NCBI GenBank assembly: GCA_000165345.1 | Contig: CM000436.1 | Coordinates: forward strand, 1,024,001 to 1,088,000 | Length of the DNA stretch: 64,000 bases | Direction: 5' to 3' | Part shown: positions 27,212-38,768 of the stretch, piece after piece | Layout: each line of letters opens with the position of its first letter | How positions within the stretch are numbered: position 1 is the first letter of the stretch | The notes under the pieces: generated by a model | Database searches by the model: none | Told to the model about the DNA's origin: nothing | The model's input: the letters and a program-made list of their open reading frames with translations, nothing else | Program-made: the position numbers and the translations under genes

Positions 27212-27994
27212 GTGGAGCATAAACCCATAATAAACACTCTAACGCCCGTACAAGGGCATGAGCTCTCGCATTTGCAGCACTGCTCTGTCTCGGGAGGTAG
27301 TATGTCAGTACTACCTCCTCAATTGGGATCAGCTCTACAATTAGGAGCAGTTATGCAAGCAAATGCAAATAATGCAAGTCCTGGATTAGTGACTCATAGG
27401 ACTCCCAGCCATTCTGTGCCAGGAGGACAATCCCCAACTGTCTCTCAAACGCATAATATTAGTCAACAATCCAGTTCTAGCATATTAGTACCACAAGCTC
27501 ATTTTGAAAGTAATTCATCTTCCAATTTATTGGTGGATATATTATGTGAAGTCGCAGATTTTAGTGTTGATTTGGCTTTAAGACTATCTCAAAGAACTGG
27601 CACCCAATGGAGGCCAAAAATACTCAACCATAATAAACATTTGAAAAGACCAATAACTAGACAACCATTAGAGGATCCAAATAAACCAAAAAGACCTCAT
27701 AATGCTTATACACTTTGGTGTGAACATATACGCCAAAAAGTTCGTGAAAAAGACCCAACTAGATCATTACATATTAAAGACCTTGCAGAAATGTGGAAAA
27801 ATCTTCCTGAGCTCGAAAGATCACCATGGGAAAGAAAAGCACAAGATGTTAAACAAAAGTATCTTGTAGATATGGCAGCTTATCGTACAACTTCTGGGTC
27901 TCCTGGACACCCTCAAGCTTCTTCAGGAACACCTCCGCCTAACTCAATGCAGCAACTTTCTGGAATCCCAAATCAAAGAGAGTTTTATTCGTAA
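27212..27994 (+). CDS. HMG-box DNA-binding protein
   Basis: HMG box KPKRPHNAYTLWCEHIRQKVREKDPTRSLHIKDLAEMWKNLPELERSPWERKAQDVKQKYLVDMAAYR. The track start is GTG, immediately preceded by an acceptor-like TTTTAAAG. An upstream ATG exon (27065-) with a GTAAGT donor is possible. Confidence 0.7.
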   Translation: MEHKPIINTLTPVQGHELSHLQHCSVSGGSMSVLPPQLGSALQLGAVMQANANNASPGLVTHRTPSHSVPGGQSPTVSQTHNISQQSSSSILVPQAHFESNSSSNLLVDILCEVADFSVDLALRLSQRTGTQWRPKILNHNKHLKRPITRQPLEDPNKPKRPHNAYTLWCEHIRQKVREKDPTRSLHIKDLAEMWKNLPELERSPWERKAQDVKQKYLVDMAAYRTTSGSPGHPQASSGTPPPNSMQQLSGIPNQREFYS

Positions 27995-28237
27995 TTTTCC
28001 AAAGTTGATACTTATATTTCTTTTAATATATTTAGGAGATAACCATATTAATCCCATTTCGATTTCAAGACTAACATTTATTTATATTCATGCTGTTTTA
28101 CCCCATATATAGATATATATAATATATAGTTTTTTATCAAATAATTATATATTTGATAACTATCATTGTATTTAGTACACTATTTTCTTTGTAAATTTTG
28201 TATATTATTTTATTGTCTTTTATTTATAATTGTTAGT

Positions 28238-30886
28238 TTAACACATATCATACATTATCTTTGTGATTGCATATCTTGACAATATCATGCTTGTTCCTAT
28301 TGGATTTGAACTTGTATGCTTGCTTAAAACTCCTTCATCTAATATAAATAAGTTTTCAGCCCCAATCAACTTAAGACAATCTGTCTCTACAACTTGCCCT
28401 ATAGCAGTTGTACCAACAAATTCATTTCCAGGTTTTACATTCTTCTTTATATATTCTCTGATTTGTTCAGGATAAGTTGGAAGTTTTGGAAGAATTAACG
28501 GTAAGGACTTCCATAAACTTGGCTCGTTATTCTTACTTCTATCTTCCCTCTCATTAATGATTGTTTCACCTTTTCTAAGACCAAAAAAATTATACCTTGA
28601 ATCAATTCTATTATTAATTGAAGCTGAAGCATCATATTTCATCAAAGTTATATCATCTTTTTCCTCATCTCTTCGTGATTTATCAAATTTATGCATAATA
28701 CTATAATATGAAGACTGCATTCCTTCATTTTGAAATCTAAATTTATCATGTATTTCCTTCAAATAATTAAATCTACCGTTATTACTTTTTGTTTGATCGT
28801 TAGATAAGTCACCTCTTTTATCAAATATCTCCAAACCTTTTCGCACATTAGCTACCTTTTCTTCCTCTTCTTCTTCTTCTTTCTGATCAATTTCTTGTCT
28901 CTCAGCTTCTAGATTATTAAAATTCATATTTGAATCATTTTCCTTTTCTTTAATATGCCCATAATTTTGATTTTGGCTTGCATAATAAAGTGATATATTG
29001 CTCAAATTACATCTCTCATGATTCATTTCTGTTCCAATTGCTCTTGAAGTACTTGTATAATTATGATTAGAATTACCAAAGTCTGCAAAATTTAAAAGTA
29101 ATTTCCTTTCCACATGGTCACCAAACAAGTTCACTCTTTTATGAGTACTATTATTTGGTACTAATAAAGTAGATATATTTATAGATCTAAATAATCTAAC
29201 GAGTCTTCTAAAGCCTGCCTCCAATATTAATAAATCATTAATATCTTCCAATAGTCCCAACCTTATTTTTGGTCTCTTGTTATTTTCATCCCATAATACC
29301 TCCCCTTCACTATATGGATTTGGAACTCGAATAGTTACACCACGAATTAGTGCTGAACATTCTTTACCGATGTTTTGTTCCGAAAAAACTTCACTAATAT
29401 TATTAGTAAAACCTTCGAATTCTGAAATACTCACAGACTCACAACCTTGTATAATATCATCCCTTTCTTCTTGTTTCTTGCATTTAGCTCCAAACTTACG
29501 CTTTGAAAAGAGTGCTTCCGAGCTAGGAATACGAACATTATCAGTACTTAATCCTCTAAAGAAACCAAATATACTTAGACTAGGATGATCTCTTAATCCT
29601 TTTCCAACATATTCATTTTCAATAATTGGATTTTTTATACCAGGACTTGAAATCTGAATATCTTCTTTACTTCCAACTCCACTTCTTTGAAGTATCATTG
29701 GAGTATTTAATGCACCAGCTGATAATATTATTTTTCCTTTTCCAGATTTGATACAGTATTTTTCAATTTTTGAATAAACTTCTTCTTTCATTCTTGAATA
29801 ATTATACCCTCCAGTTAACCTTTTTCCTTGAATACATTCCGCAAACTTGTCATTTTCTCTTTGATCTTTATCTAAACTTGAAAATATGACTTTATCCACA
29901 TGAAAATTAAGTATCTTAAATAATTTTTTATGATTAACTAATCTTGGATCAATTTTTAAAAGTCTAGTTGCACTTCTTCTTTCAAAACTTCTTCTAAATC
30001 CATAAGTTAAGAATGTATATGGAACATAATGAGAAGATGTGAAGTACTCTGGAGCACCGCTATTGAAAGATTCTAGGTTATTATCTTGATTGGTTGCCAT
30101 ATAATCTTGGTAATATTCATTTTCTACAATATCTGTTTTCCATTCCAAATTGTTATCTCGAATTCCAAATGAACTTACATATCCACTTTCTGTCATTTCA
30201 TTTTCAAATAATGAATCTTCTGGTGCTAAGTCTTCTTCATTTGTATCTCCAACGTGGAATGTTCCTGTTTCATTAAATGCTCTCTCTAAAGCTATTACCC
30301 ATGATGTTCTTACATTTGGTTGTACAATATCTCCAACACTTTTCACAAATTCAAAAGATTCTTGTAATCTTTGTGGATCAAAATTTAAACCTAATGATTT
30401 ATAATATTCTCCACTATATACATCTTCGGGAATAAATGGAGTATTGCCATAACTTGTCTTTCCTCCTTCAATACTTGAATCAAATATCATATATCCATCT
30501 TCAGATGTATATATATTAATATCGTTTTTATCAATGATGGGATTATAACTTGAATTCAATTTTTTATTATTTTCATTATTATTTTTTTTATTATCTTTAG
30601 TCTGTTTTTCATCATTCAATTCATTTTCTTTATATTCTCTTCCTTTATCCACAATCAAAATACTAATTTCGTCCCCTCTTCTGGTATATTTTTCTAGTAA
30701 GCTTCTTGCTGTTATTAGTCCATTTGCACCTGCACCAACAATTATATAATCAAATTTGATACCACTTGGTACTTGATCATTGTCATTGTAGGTTTCAATC
30801 CCATATGTATTTCTTGATTTTAAAATTATTGAAATAATTACCAACAAAATTGTCCTTTTTAATAAAAATATAACAGAAAAGGCCAT
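28238..30886 (-). CDS. secreted GMC-family (glucose-methanol-choline) FAD oxidoreductase with large insertions
   Basis: Signal peptide MAFSVIFLLKRTILLVIISIIL. FAD-binding DYIIVGAGANGLITA. GMC signature 2 GALNTPMILQRSGVG. C-terminal GMC domain GTTAIGQVVETDCLKLIGAENLFILDEGVLSKHTSSNP. 882 aa against about 550-600 typical. Confidence 0.8.
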   Translation of the reverse strand: MAFSVIFLLKRTILLVIISIILKSRNTYGIETYNDNDQVPSGIKFDYIIVGAGANGLITARSLLEKYTRRGDEISILIVDKGREYKENELNDEKQTKDNKKNNNENNKKLNSSYNPIIDKNDINIYTSEDGYMIFDSSIEGGKTSYGNTPFIPEDVYSGEYYKSLGLNFDPQRLQESFEFVKSVGDIVQPNVRTSWVIALERAFNETGTFHVGDTNEEDLAPEDSLFENEMTESGYVSSFGIRDNNLEWKTDIVENEYYQDYMATNQDNNLESFNSGAPEYFTSSHYVPYTFLTYGFRRSFERRSATRLLKIDPRLVNHKKLFKILNFHVDKVIFSSLDKDQRENDKFAECIQGKRLTGGYNYSRMKEEVYSKIEKYCIKSGKGKIILSAGALNTPMILQRSGVGSKEDIQISSPGIKNPIIENEYVGKGLRDHPSLSIFGFFRGLSTDNVRIPSSEALFSKRKFGAKCKKQEERDDIIQGCESVSISEFEGFTNNISEVFSEQNIGKECSALIRGVTIRVPNPYSEGEVLWDENNKRPKIRLGLLEDINDLLILEAGFRRLVRLFRSINISTLLVPNNSTHKRVNLFGDHVERKLLLNFADFGNSNHNYTSTSRAIGTEMNHERCNLSNISLYYASQNQNYGHIKEKENDSNMNFNNLEAERQEIDQKEEEEEEEKVANVRKGLEIFDKRGDLSNDQTKSNNGRFNYLKEIHDKFRFQNEGMQSSYYSIMHKFDKSRRDEEKDDITLMKYDASASINNRIDSRYNFFGLRKGETIINEREDRSKNNEPSLWKSLPLILPKLPTYPEQIREYIKKNVKPGNEFVGTTAIGQVVETDCLKLIGAENLFILDEGVLSKHTSSNPIGTSMILSRYAITKIMYDMC

Positions 30887-31377
30887 ATCTATTTATTTAA
30901 ATATATTAATATATATATTTATATATATTATATATTACTACAGATATCTTGTTTGCTACTTTATTTCCTCTCCTTTTTTTCCATTATATTTACTTAATTT
31001 CCTGACAAATTTGTTTTTCCTCGTTCCCTCATACTTTAATTAATTTAATGCAATTGACACGTAATGATTGCATGCGCATGCAAATTTGCAAGTTGATTTT
31101 TTTCTTTTCATGTGGACAATTTTTTGCATGTGCGAGGATTACATTAGTAAATTTATTATAATTAAAGGCTAAATCTGACTTTTAAGTGTTTTTTTTAAAT
31201 TTCCCTCTAAATTTAAATATTGGAATAATTTAAGAAAAATATTAGTTATTATTATTATTGGTATAAATAACTAATTATTAATTATAATAAGTTGATTATA
31301 TAAAAAAGATTGTCATAATGTCAATTTTACTATTATTAGTACCAAATAGTTTTGTGCCCCACTGTGGAACTCACAAC

Positions 31378-31395
31378 CCGCCATAGATTTGGCGG
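31378..31395. promoter_or_regulatory. E2F-like pair CCCGCC ... TTTGGCGG in divergent GMC/SF3B3 promoter
   Basis: Followed by CCGTCTCAA co-motif (31403). TGCATGCGCATGCA lies at 31071-31084. Confidence 0.4.
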
Positions 31396-31523
31396 TAAGC
31401 ACCGTCTCAATAAAAAAGTCTTGAATTAAGTAACAAGGGCAAAATTGACAAAGTAAATTGCATCATTGGGTATTTGGACAACAAGACTAAAAGTGTATTT
31501 CAGAGGTCTTATGGAAAGTCAAG

Positions 31524-34500
31524 ATGCCTCACTTTTACTCTTTAACTCTGGAGTCCCACGGGTCCATCTTGTCAGCAATCCAGGGGAGTTATAGTGCAGC
31601 AAAGGCCCATGAAATAGTTGTGAACAGAGGCAGAAGTCTTGAATTGTTGAGATTGGATGTGAATGCAGCCCAAATTCAGAGTATTTGTTTGATGGATACT
31701 TTCTCTTTGGTTAGAAGTATTAGCAATTTGAGATTGATTGGATCAGGCAAAGATCTAATAGTTGTAACAAGCGACAGTGGAAATATTGTAATTTTGGATT
31801 TTAACAAAGACAAAAACCAATTTGAAAGGATCCACTCTGAGCCATATGGCAAATCAGGATGTAGAAGAATTGTTCCAGGTCATTATCTTGCTGTTGATCC
31901 AATGGGCAGAAGTATAATGATTGCTGCAATTGAACGACAGAAGCTTGTTTATACTTTAACACGTAAAAATAAGGATGCAGATATTCTAGATATCTCATCT
32001 CCTATGGAGGCTCACAAAAGCCATATGGTTTGTTTTGCTCTAGTAGCAATGGATGTTGGATTTGATAATCCAATGTTTGCAACAATTGAACAATCATATT
32101 CTACAGAAAACGAAGAATTACAGCAAACAAAAAAACACCTAATTTTTTGGGAAGTTGATCTTGGTTTGAATTATGTTTCAAGAAAATCATCTCAAGTAAT
32201 TACAGAAAGTTCTCATACATTAATCTCAGTACCAGGTGGAAATGACGGACCAAGTGGAGTTTTGGTTTGTGATTATAAAGGTATTATATATTGTAAAATG
32301 GGCCATTCAAATATATTTTGTCCATATCCATTCAGATTTGGAGATTCTTCAGAGTATGGAACAATGATTGTGGCTTCATCTTTACATAAACTTAAAGGTT
32401 TCTTTTTAATACTAGTGCAAACAGAATTGGGAGATATTTACAGAATTAATTTAATACATAACGAAGGGATTGTTAAAGAAATGAGAATTTATTATTATGA
32501 TACTATACCTGTATGTAACTCGTTGCTTTTGTTAAGATCAGGGTTTCTTTTTGCATCACATGAATTTGGAAATCATACAAATTATCAAATTGTTTCACTT
32601 GGGGATGATAAAACTGATCCATATACTTCTTCTTTACCTGACTCTAATGATTTAAAAAGAGTTTATTTTAGGCCAAGAAATTGTCAATGCATACGTAAAT
32701 CCGAAGAAATACTATCTTTAAGCCCAATTACTGATATTAAAGTTATCGATACTAATAATGATGGTACACCACAAATTGTTGCTACTTGTGGTAGAGGTCC
32801 AAGATCTACATTACGTGTATGTTCATATGGAAAAAATGTTGAAGAAATTGCAGAAAATCCATTACCTGGTAGACCAAGATGTATATGGACTTTAAAGAAT
32901 GGTATTGATCCATCACTATCAGGTTCACAAGCTGAAGCTGCTATTTTGGATAATATACATCATTATATAATTATTTCATTTATTGATCGTTCGCTTGTGC
33001 TTACTATTGGTGAACATGTTGAAGAGACTAATGATACATTATTCACTTTAAATGAAACTACAATGTATGCTGCTTCTATGATATTTTATAATTCATTCCT
33101 CCAAGTTTTGGAGACACATGTAAAGTTAATTATTCAAGATAGAATTTATGACTGGAAAACTCCTGATTCAAGGAAAATTATTGCAGCTGATTCTAATGGT
33201 CGTCAAGTTTCTTTGGCATTAGAAGGAGGTTTAATAGTAATTTTGGAATTAAATGTTAATGGTGTTTCTGGAATTACCAATACGGGAATGGGAGGATTAG
33301 TTGAAGTGTGTAGAAGAGAAATCACTTGTGAAATCATATGTATTGGCATACAACAATTATCTTATTCAGGCCAGATGAGAAGTGATTATGTTGTTGTTGG
33401 TACATCTACAGAAAATGCCTTAAGACTTTATAAAATTGATTCAGCAGAAAAAAGGCTAAAGCAAACATGTACCCAGATCTTACCTAATTCAAATAGTATA
33501 CCAGAAAATGTTCAATTATATCATTCTAATAAATATGGCCACTTAATTTTATTTGTAGGTCTTACAACTGGTGTAATATTGAGTTGTAAAGTGGATGCAA
33601 GCAATGGTTCAATTAGTGATCCAAGAAGTAAATATTTGGGTAACAGAGGAGTGAATATATGTAGAATTATGAGAGAAGATTTTGGTGGTGAGATGAGTCT
33701 AGTATGTATGTCAAGCAGACCTTGGCTAGTTGATTCTCAGACTTCTGGTGTGAATTTTACACCATTACAATATAGATGTATTGATTCTATAGCTCCATTG
33801 AATACACATCAAGTTAACAATGGTTACGTAGCAGTTTCAGGATCCACCTTATTAATATTTCAAGTTACTCAAGGATTTGGTGAATCATTTTCTCAAAGTT
33901 CAATAAATTTAAGTTATACCCCACGTAAATTATTAACACTTCCTTCACCACAATTGTTTACTGGTTTAGAGACTTTAATGTCATCAGGTACTTTAGATAT
34001 TCCAAAGGATCAAATGATTGCAATAGTGGAGACAGATCATAATTCATTTGATTTTGGTACTAAAAAAGAGATTATTTTAGCACTTCAAAAACTTTATAAC
34101 GATAAACCTTTGGAAAATAATACAGATGTTAAAATGGAGGAAGTAGAAGAAGATGAAGAAAAACAAAAAAATGATTTAAAAGTTAAGGAAGATGGTGATA
34201 ATTTAGTAATGGATATTGCTCAAGATGAAGTTCAAGACTCTGAAAAAACAAAAATAGAAAAAATGTTATCAGAAATTGGTATACCAGGTGAAAGTGGTGT
34301 ACTACTTGCAGAGAGTGAAGTTGGAGGATTTTTTGCAGGAGAAGGTAAATGGGGTGGTTGTGTAAGGATAGTTAATTTAAAATCAATGGAAACTATACAA
34401 TTAATACCACTTGATACAAACGAAGGATGCATTTCTGCTTGCGTTTGTAAATTTGATGAGTTAGATTTGCCATGCTTAGTGCTTGGAACAGTATATGGAA

Positions 34501-35477
34501 TGAAACTTAATAGAGGATATAATAATAATAATAGTAATAATAGTACTGATTCAGCAAAGAATAATGATAAAGAAAATCACGATTCTTTTGGAGCAGCAAT
34601 AAAGATATTCAAGTATGATTCAAATTATAATTTTGAATTAGTGCATATAACTCCTATTGAAAATTCAGCAACAGCATTAACTGGTTGGAGAGGAAGATTA
34701 TTGGTAGGTATTAACAAGACTTTAAGGGTTTATTCACTAGGAAAGAAGAGACTTCTTAGGAAGTCAGAATATAGAAATATTCCACAAGGTTTAACTTGGA
34801 TTAAAGTAGTTAATGATCGTATTTTTGCTGGTGATATTTCAAATGGTGTTTTAGTTTTCAAGTTTAATAATACATCAAATCAATTTATACTTGTAGCAAA
34901 AGACCCAATGCCAAGATGGTTAACTTCTGCATGTGAGGTATTGGATTATCACACAATTGCAGTAAGCGACAAATTTGATAATATTATTGTATCAAGAGTA
35001 CCAGCTGAAGCTTCTGATGATTTTTCCTTTGTAACTTCATTTACTGATAATAATAATAGTCAATCATCTGCGCTAATGAGAACACACCAGATTAACACTG
35101 TAGCTCAATTTCATCTTGGCGATATTGTTACATGTTTACAAAAATCGCAATTAACACCAACGTCTGCAGAGGCAATTATATATGGTACAGTACTTGGTAG
35201 TATTGGATCGTTATCTCCTATATTAAATAATGAAGATATTGAGTTATTATCAAAACTTGAAATACTATTACGTAAGCAAAAATCAACTTTATTATCAAGA
35301 GATCATCTTATGTTTAGGTCATATTATTCTCCAGTACATAATGTAATTGACGGCGATTTTTGTCAGACTTTTACTATTTTAGATAGCCAAATTCAGTCAG
35401 AAATTGCTTCTAAACTAGATGTTACTGTTGAGGAAATCTACAAGAAGCTTGATGATTATAAGACAAGGTTATTTTAA
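31524..35477 (+). CDS. SF3B3: splicing factor 3B subunit 3 (SF3B3/SAP130/Rse1)
   Basis: The N-terminal 190 aa align nearly residue-for-residue with SF3B3 (EIVVNRGRSLELLRLD, GKSGCRRIVPGHYLAVDPMGRSIMIAAIERQKLVYTLTR, DVGFDNPMFATIE). Full-length triple-propeller architecture with acidic and poly-N insertions. Confidence 0.9.
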   Translation: MPHFYSLTLESHGSILSAIQGSYSAAKAHEIVVNRGRSLELLRLDVNAAQIQSICLMDTFSLVRSISNLRLIGSGKDLIVVTSDSGNIVILDFNKDKNQFERIHSEPYGKSGCRRIVPGHYLAVDPMGRSIMIAAIERQKLVYTLTRKNKDADILDISSPMEAHKSHMVCFALVAMDVGFDNPMFATIEQSYSTENEELQQTKKHLIFWEVDLGLNYVSRKSSQVITESSHTLISVPGGNDGPSGVLVCDYKGIIYCKMGHSNIFCPYPFRFGDSSEYGTMIVASSLHKLKGFFLILVQTELGDIYRINLIHNEGIVKEMRIYYYDTIPVCNSLLLLRSGFLFASHEFGNHTNYQIVSLGDDKTDPYTSSLPDSNDLKRVYFRPRNCQCIRKSEEILSLSPITDIKVIDTNNDGTPQIVATCGRGPRSTLRVCSYGKNVEEIAENPLPGRPRCIWTLKNGIDPSLSGSQAEAAILDNIHHYIIISFIDRSLVLTIGEHVEETNDTLFTLNETTMYAASMIFYNSFLQVLETHVKLIIQDRIYDWKTPDSRKIIAADSNGRQVSLALEGGLIVILELNVNGVSGITNTGMGGLVEVCRREITCEIICIGIQQLSYSGQMRSDYVVVGTSTENALRLYKIDSAEKRLKQTCTQILPNSNSIPENVQLYHSNKYGHLILFVGLTTGVILSCKVDASNGSISDPRSKYLGNRGVNICRIMREDFGGEMSLVCMSSRPWLVDSQTSGVNFTPLQYRCIDSIAPLNTHQVNNGYVAVSGSTLLIFQVTQGFGESFSQSSINLSYTPRKLLTLPSPQLFTGLETLMSSGTLDIPKDQMIAIVETDHNSFDFGTKKEIILALQKLYNDKPLENNTDVKMEEVEEDEEKQKNDLKVKEDGDNLVMDIAQDEVQDSEKTKIEKMLSEIGIPGESGVLLAESEVGGFFAGEGKWGGCVRIVNLKSMETIQLIPLDTNEGCISACVCKFDELDLPCLVLGTVYGMKLNRGYNNNNSNNSTDSAKNNDKENHDSFGAAIKIFKYDSNYNFELVHITPIENSATALTGWRGRLLVGINKTLRVYSLGKKRLLRKSEYRNIPQGLTWIKVVNDRIFAGDISNGVLVFKFNNTSNQFILVAKDPMPRWLTSACEVLDYHTIAVSDKFDNIIVSRVPAEASDDFSFVTSFTDNNNSQSSALMRTHQINTVAQFHLGDIVTCLQKSQLTPTSAEAIIYGTVLGSIGSLSPILNNEDIELLSKLEILLRKQKSTLLSRDHLMFRSYYSPVHNVIDGDFCQTFTILDSQIQSEIASKLDVTVEEIYKKLDDYKTRLF

Positions 35478-36254
35478 GTGAAATTTTAAACAATTTTATT
35501 CTTATTATAATACTTTTCCAACTTAATTCATTCAATCAGATAAATCAATCATTTCATTCCTGTAATTAATTATTAATACTATATATATTCACTAAAACTG
35601 ATTAATTTTATTCTAAATCTAATATTTTCTTTTTCTTTCTGACTTATTTTAACTTCATTGTTTTGTAACTTCATTCCTAAATTTTCTCTTATTGGTATTA
35701 TTACTATTATCTTCCCACTTGCCGCCCATGCAGTTATTTTTCTTTTTTAATTCAATGTGGATAAAAATTACGTATACAACGGTAACCACGTAATTTTTAT
35801 AACATGTATATATGCATGCAATGCAAAAATGCATGGCAAGAGGGGGGAATGAGATGCCTGAAAAAATTAAAAGTGTGATTTTAAGGGGGGTGGAGAAGAA
35901 AAAATGATTAATTTGAGAAAATTTTATAAATGAAACGAAAGAATTAAAGAAAGTGAAAATAGAAGTCGAATTTAAAAGTAAAAAAAAAAAGTTGGTCAAT
36001 ACATGTGAATAAGTAAATATTTCAATTTATTACTGCGGTTATTGTCTAATAAGAAATTTTATTTGTATTAAACTTTCAACATAAAATAAAGTGGATATAT
36101 GCAAGTTGAAGAACAGAAAATAATAATATTACTTAAACAGAAAGAATTTTTCTAAAGTTAATTAATTTTTTAAAAAATCCATTCATAAACAAAGATTATC
36201 AAAATAAATTCTTAATTTATTAAAGTTCTTGTTTACGATAATCTAACATAAATA

Positions 36255-37802
36255 ATGTTTAGAGTAATGGATAGTCAAGTTTCAATCATAAGTTACCTTG
36301 GATTAACTCTAAATATATATATTACCATATTTGTTTCATTAATATGGGCATTATTTGTTCATGGAATGAAGTTATGGTTTGAAATACTATTTGGTGTTTG
36401 GATTTTACGTAGAATTTCCCCATTTTCAAAAATTCTTATTGAAAGATTATACAGATTATTAGGATTAGAGTCTGTTGTTTTAGAAAATAAGGATTTAAGG
36501 GGAACTGTATGTATTGTTACAGGTGGAGCAACAGGTATTGGAAAGAAAGTATCCGAGTTTTTTGTTAAATGTGGAGCAACCGTAATAATTGCAGATATAC
36601 AAGAAAATAAAGGCAGAGTTACAGCTTACAAGATTAATACAAATAACTCCTCTACAGGATTAGCAAGATATATGTATATTGATTTATCTGATGAAAAGTC
36701 CATTCGAAGTTTTGTTAAAAGATTTACATAGTAAGTTTTCAACTTGGATATATTAAGATAAATCCAAGAATGAATATAAATTGATTAAATTATTTATTAG
36801 TGATTATGACAGGCTCGATATTCTTGTAAATAATGCAGGAATTGGATCAGGATCAGGATATAGAAAAGAAGAATCAAATGATTTTGAAAAGTATATTAAT
36901 AAAGTATTTCAAGTTAACTATATAGGAACATTTATTTTAACAGAGTTATTATTACCCATTTTAAAAGTAAGTTTTGAGCAAGGCTTATTATCTCAACTAT
37001 CTGAGAAAATATATATATATGTATATATAATAACTTTTATTATTTGAACTTAGAATACAAAAAATTCAAGAATTGTAAATACATGCTCCCCATTACATAG
37101 ATTCTTTGGTTCTAATTTAAGAAAGATACTTGATTATTCACAAATTTTGGAGACTGATTATTCATATGGAGCATCTAAAGCAGCAATACTCCTTTATACA
37201 CTAAAATTAAGAAGGGATGCAATGGGTTTGACATTCTGTCAAACTTTTCAGACTGATAAAGTTGATGAAGGAGGAAATTATGACAATTTTCCTTGGTCAA
37301 CCTGCGTAAATCCTGGATCTGTAAATACTGGAATATTTCCAAAAGTATTTCCATATAGTTTAATATACTATTTTAAATGGTTCTTACTTGATACAAAAAT
37401 GGTGAGTTTAATTTTCATTCAAATATTTTCAATAATTAATTTTCATATTTTTTCTTATCATTTTTTGATAAAATAAAATTTCACCTTTTATTAATATTTA
37501 AAGGGGTCAGAAACTACCATTTTTGCTTCAATATGCCCTAAAGAGCAAGCAACTTTATATATGAGCCCATATTGGTTACCTGGAAATGGATCTTGGTTTA
37601 TAGATAGATTTGCTGATATATTAAGTAAGTATATTTCATAATTATACTCAACTTATTTATTTAATAATACTATCAGGTATATATGTTGGACCCCACTTCA
37701 CCGTCCCAGATCTAAATGATGATGCAGCTTTATCAGCAGAATATCTCTATGAGTGGACATACAACTATTGGAGAGCAAGTAAAACAAAGGAGGAAATTTA
37801 AA
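36255..37802 (+). CDS. membrane-anchored short-chain dehydrogenase/reductase (SDR), 5 exons
   Basis: Exons are 36255..36730, 36801..36966, 37054..37401, 37504..37624, 37677..37802. Donors are GTAAGT x3 and GTGAGT x1; acceptors are YAG. Splicing restores contiguous SDR motifs: TGGATGIGK, RLDILVNNAG, SRIVNTCS, YSYGASKAA, PGSVNTGI. The track shows three separate ORFs, two of them starting at TTG. Confidence 0.7.
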
Positions 37803-37971
37803 AGATAATAAATATTAACAATATATGATATATTATATATATATGTATAGATATATTTATAAATATGCTATACATATACACAAATCTATGACTAAGTGAA
37901 TTGCCTAAGTTTAATAAAAAAAAAAAAAAGACGATACATATTCTCAATATTGTCTTTATTAAACGGATAGC

Positions 37972-38340
37972 TTACATTCTTATTCCTCCCCCAACTTGAG
38001 AAATCATTGCATCAATCAAATCTCCCTCCTGTAATCCAGCGTCTTCAGCTGTCATTTCTGGCCTTAAACGCTCACCTTCAAATAAGAAACGAATTGATTG
38101 TTCATTTTGGCCAGTTCTTTGACAGAAAGAATTCATCAATTTTTGTAAACGAGTTTTTTTCTTAATTCTATATAAAACTTGTTCCCCATCTGGACTTCTT
38201 ACCTTGACTGTTACATACTGACTATCATCAGAAGCTCCTCCTGTTCCTTGATCTATTACTGGCTTCTGCTCAATTTGATGTCCGTCATTACTCCCCTCGC
38301 CTGCACCCATACTACTATTATCTGTGAATCCTGGATCCAT
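37972..38340 (-). CDS. SMT3: SUMO (Smt3) ubiquitin-like modifier precursor
   Basis: Ubiquitin fold aligning with Smt3 (VKVRSPDGEQVLYRIKKKTRLQKLMNSFCQRTGQ...IRFLFEGERL). C-terminal QVGG di-Gly followed by cleavable tail GIRM. Confidence 0.85.
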   Translation of the reverse strand: MDPGFTDNSSMGAGEGSNDGHQIEQKPVIDQGTGGASDDSQYVTVKVRSPDGEQVLYRIKKKTRLQKLMNSFCQRTGQNEQSIRFLFEGERLRPEMTAEDAGLQEGDLIDAMISQVGGGIRM

Positions 38341-38508
38341 GTCTTTTTTTAAAAAAATAACTCAACACTTTTCCTAAATATCTATACTTCTCTCCCTTAT
38401 TATTACTATTACTATTGTTTTTCTCACTTTCACCTCCTGACCTTTCCCTAAATTCTTACTTCAATTCTTCTTCTCCACTAGTGTGGATTTTTAATATTAA
38501 TCATTCGA

Positions 38509-38536
38509 ATTTGGCGCCTATACGTGTTTGGCGCCG
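38509..38536. promoter_or_regulatory. tandem E2F-like sites ATTTGGCGCC / GTTTGGCGCC upstream of SUMO gene
   Basis: Two direct copies 18 bp apart with ACGTG between them. Confidence 0.45.
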
Positions 38537-38768
38537 CTGTGTTGCCGCCATTTGTATAATATATTTGTCGAAAATTTGTCAAAAGAAGAATGTATAGAGG
38601 AAAGTGGGAATATTTTCCGTAATTGAAGTTCACGAAGATGGATTTGAATTATTATTTAGCTCTTCAATATTGAAAAAGCGATTATTATTCTTTCTTGTTA
38701 ATTTCTTTTTCTTTTTTTCCAATTTTTGCCTTAAATATTAATACATGTTTAAGGAACTTACAATCCAA

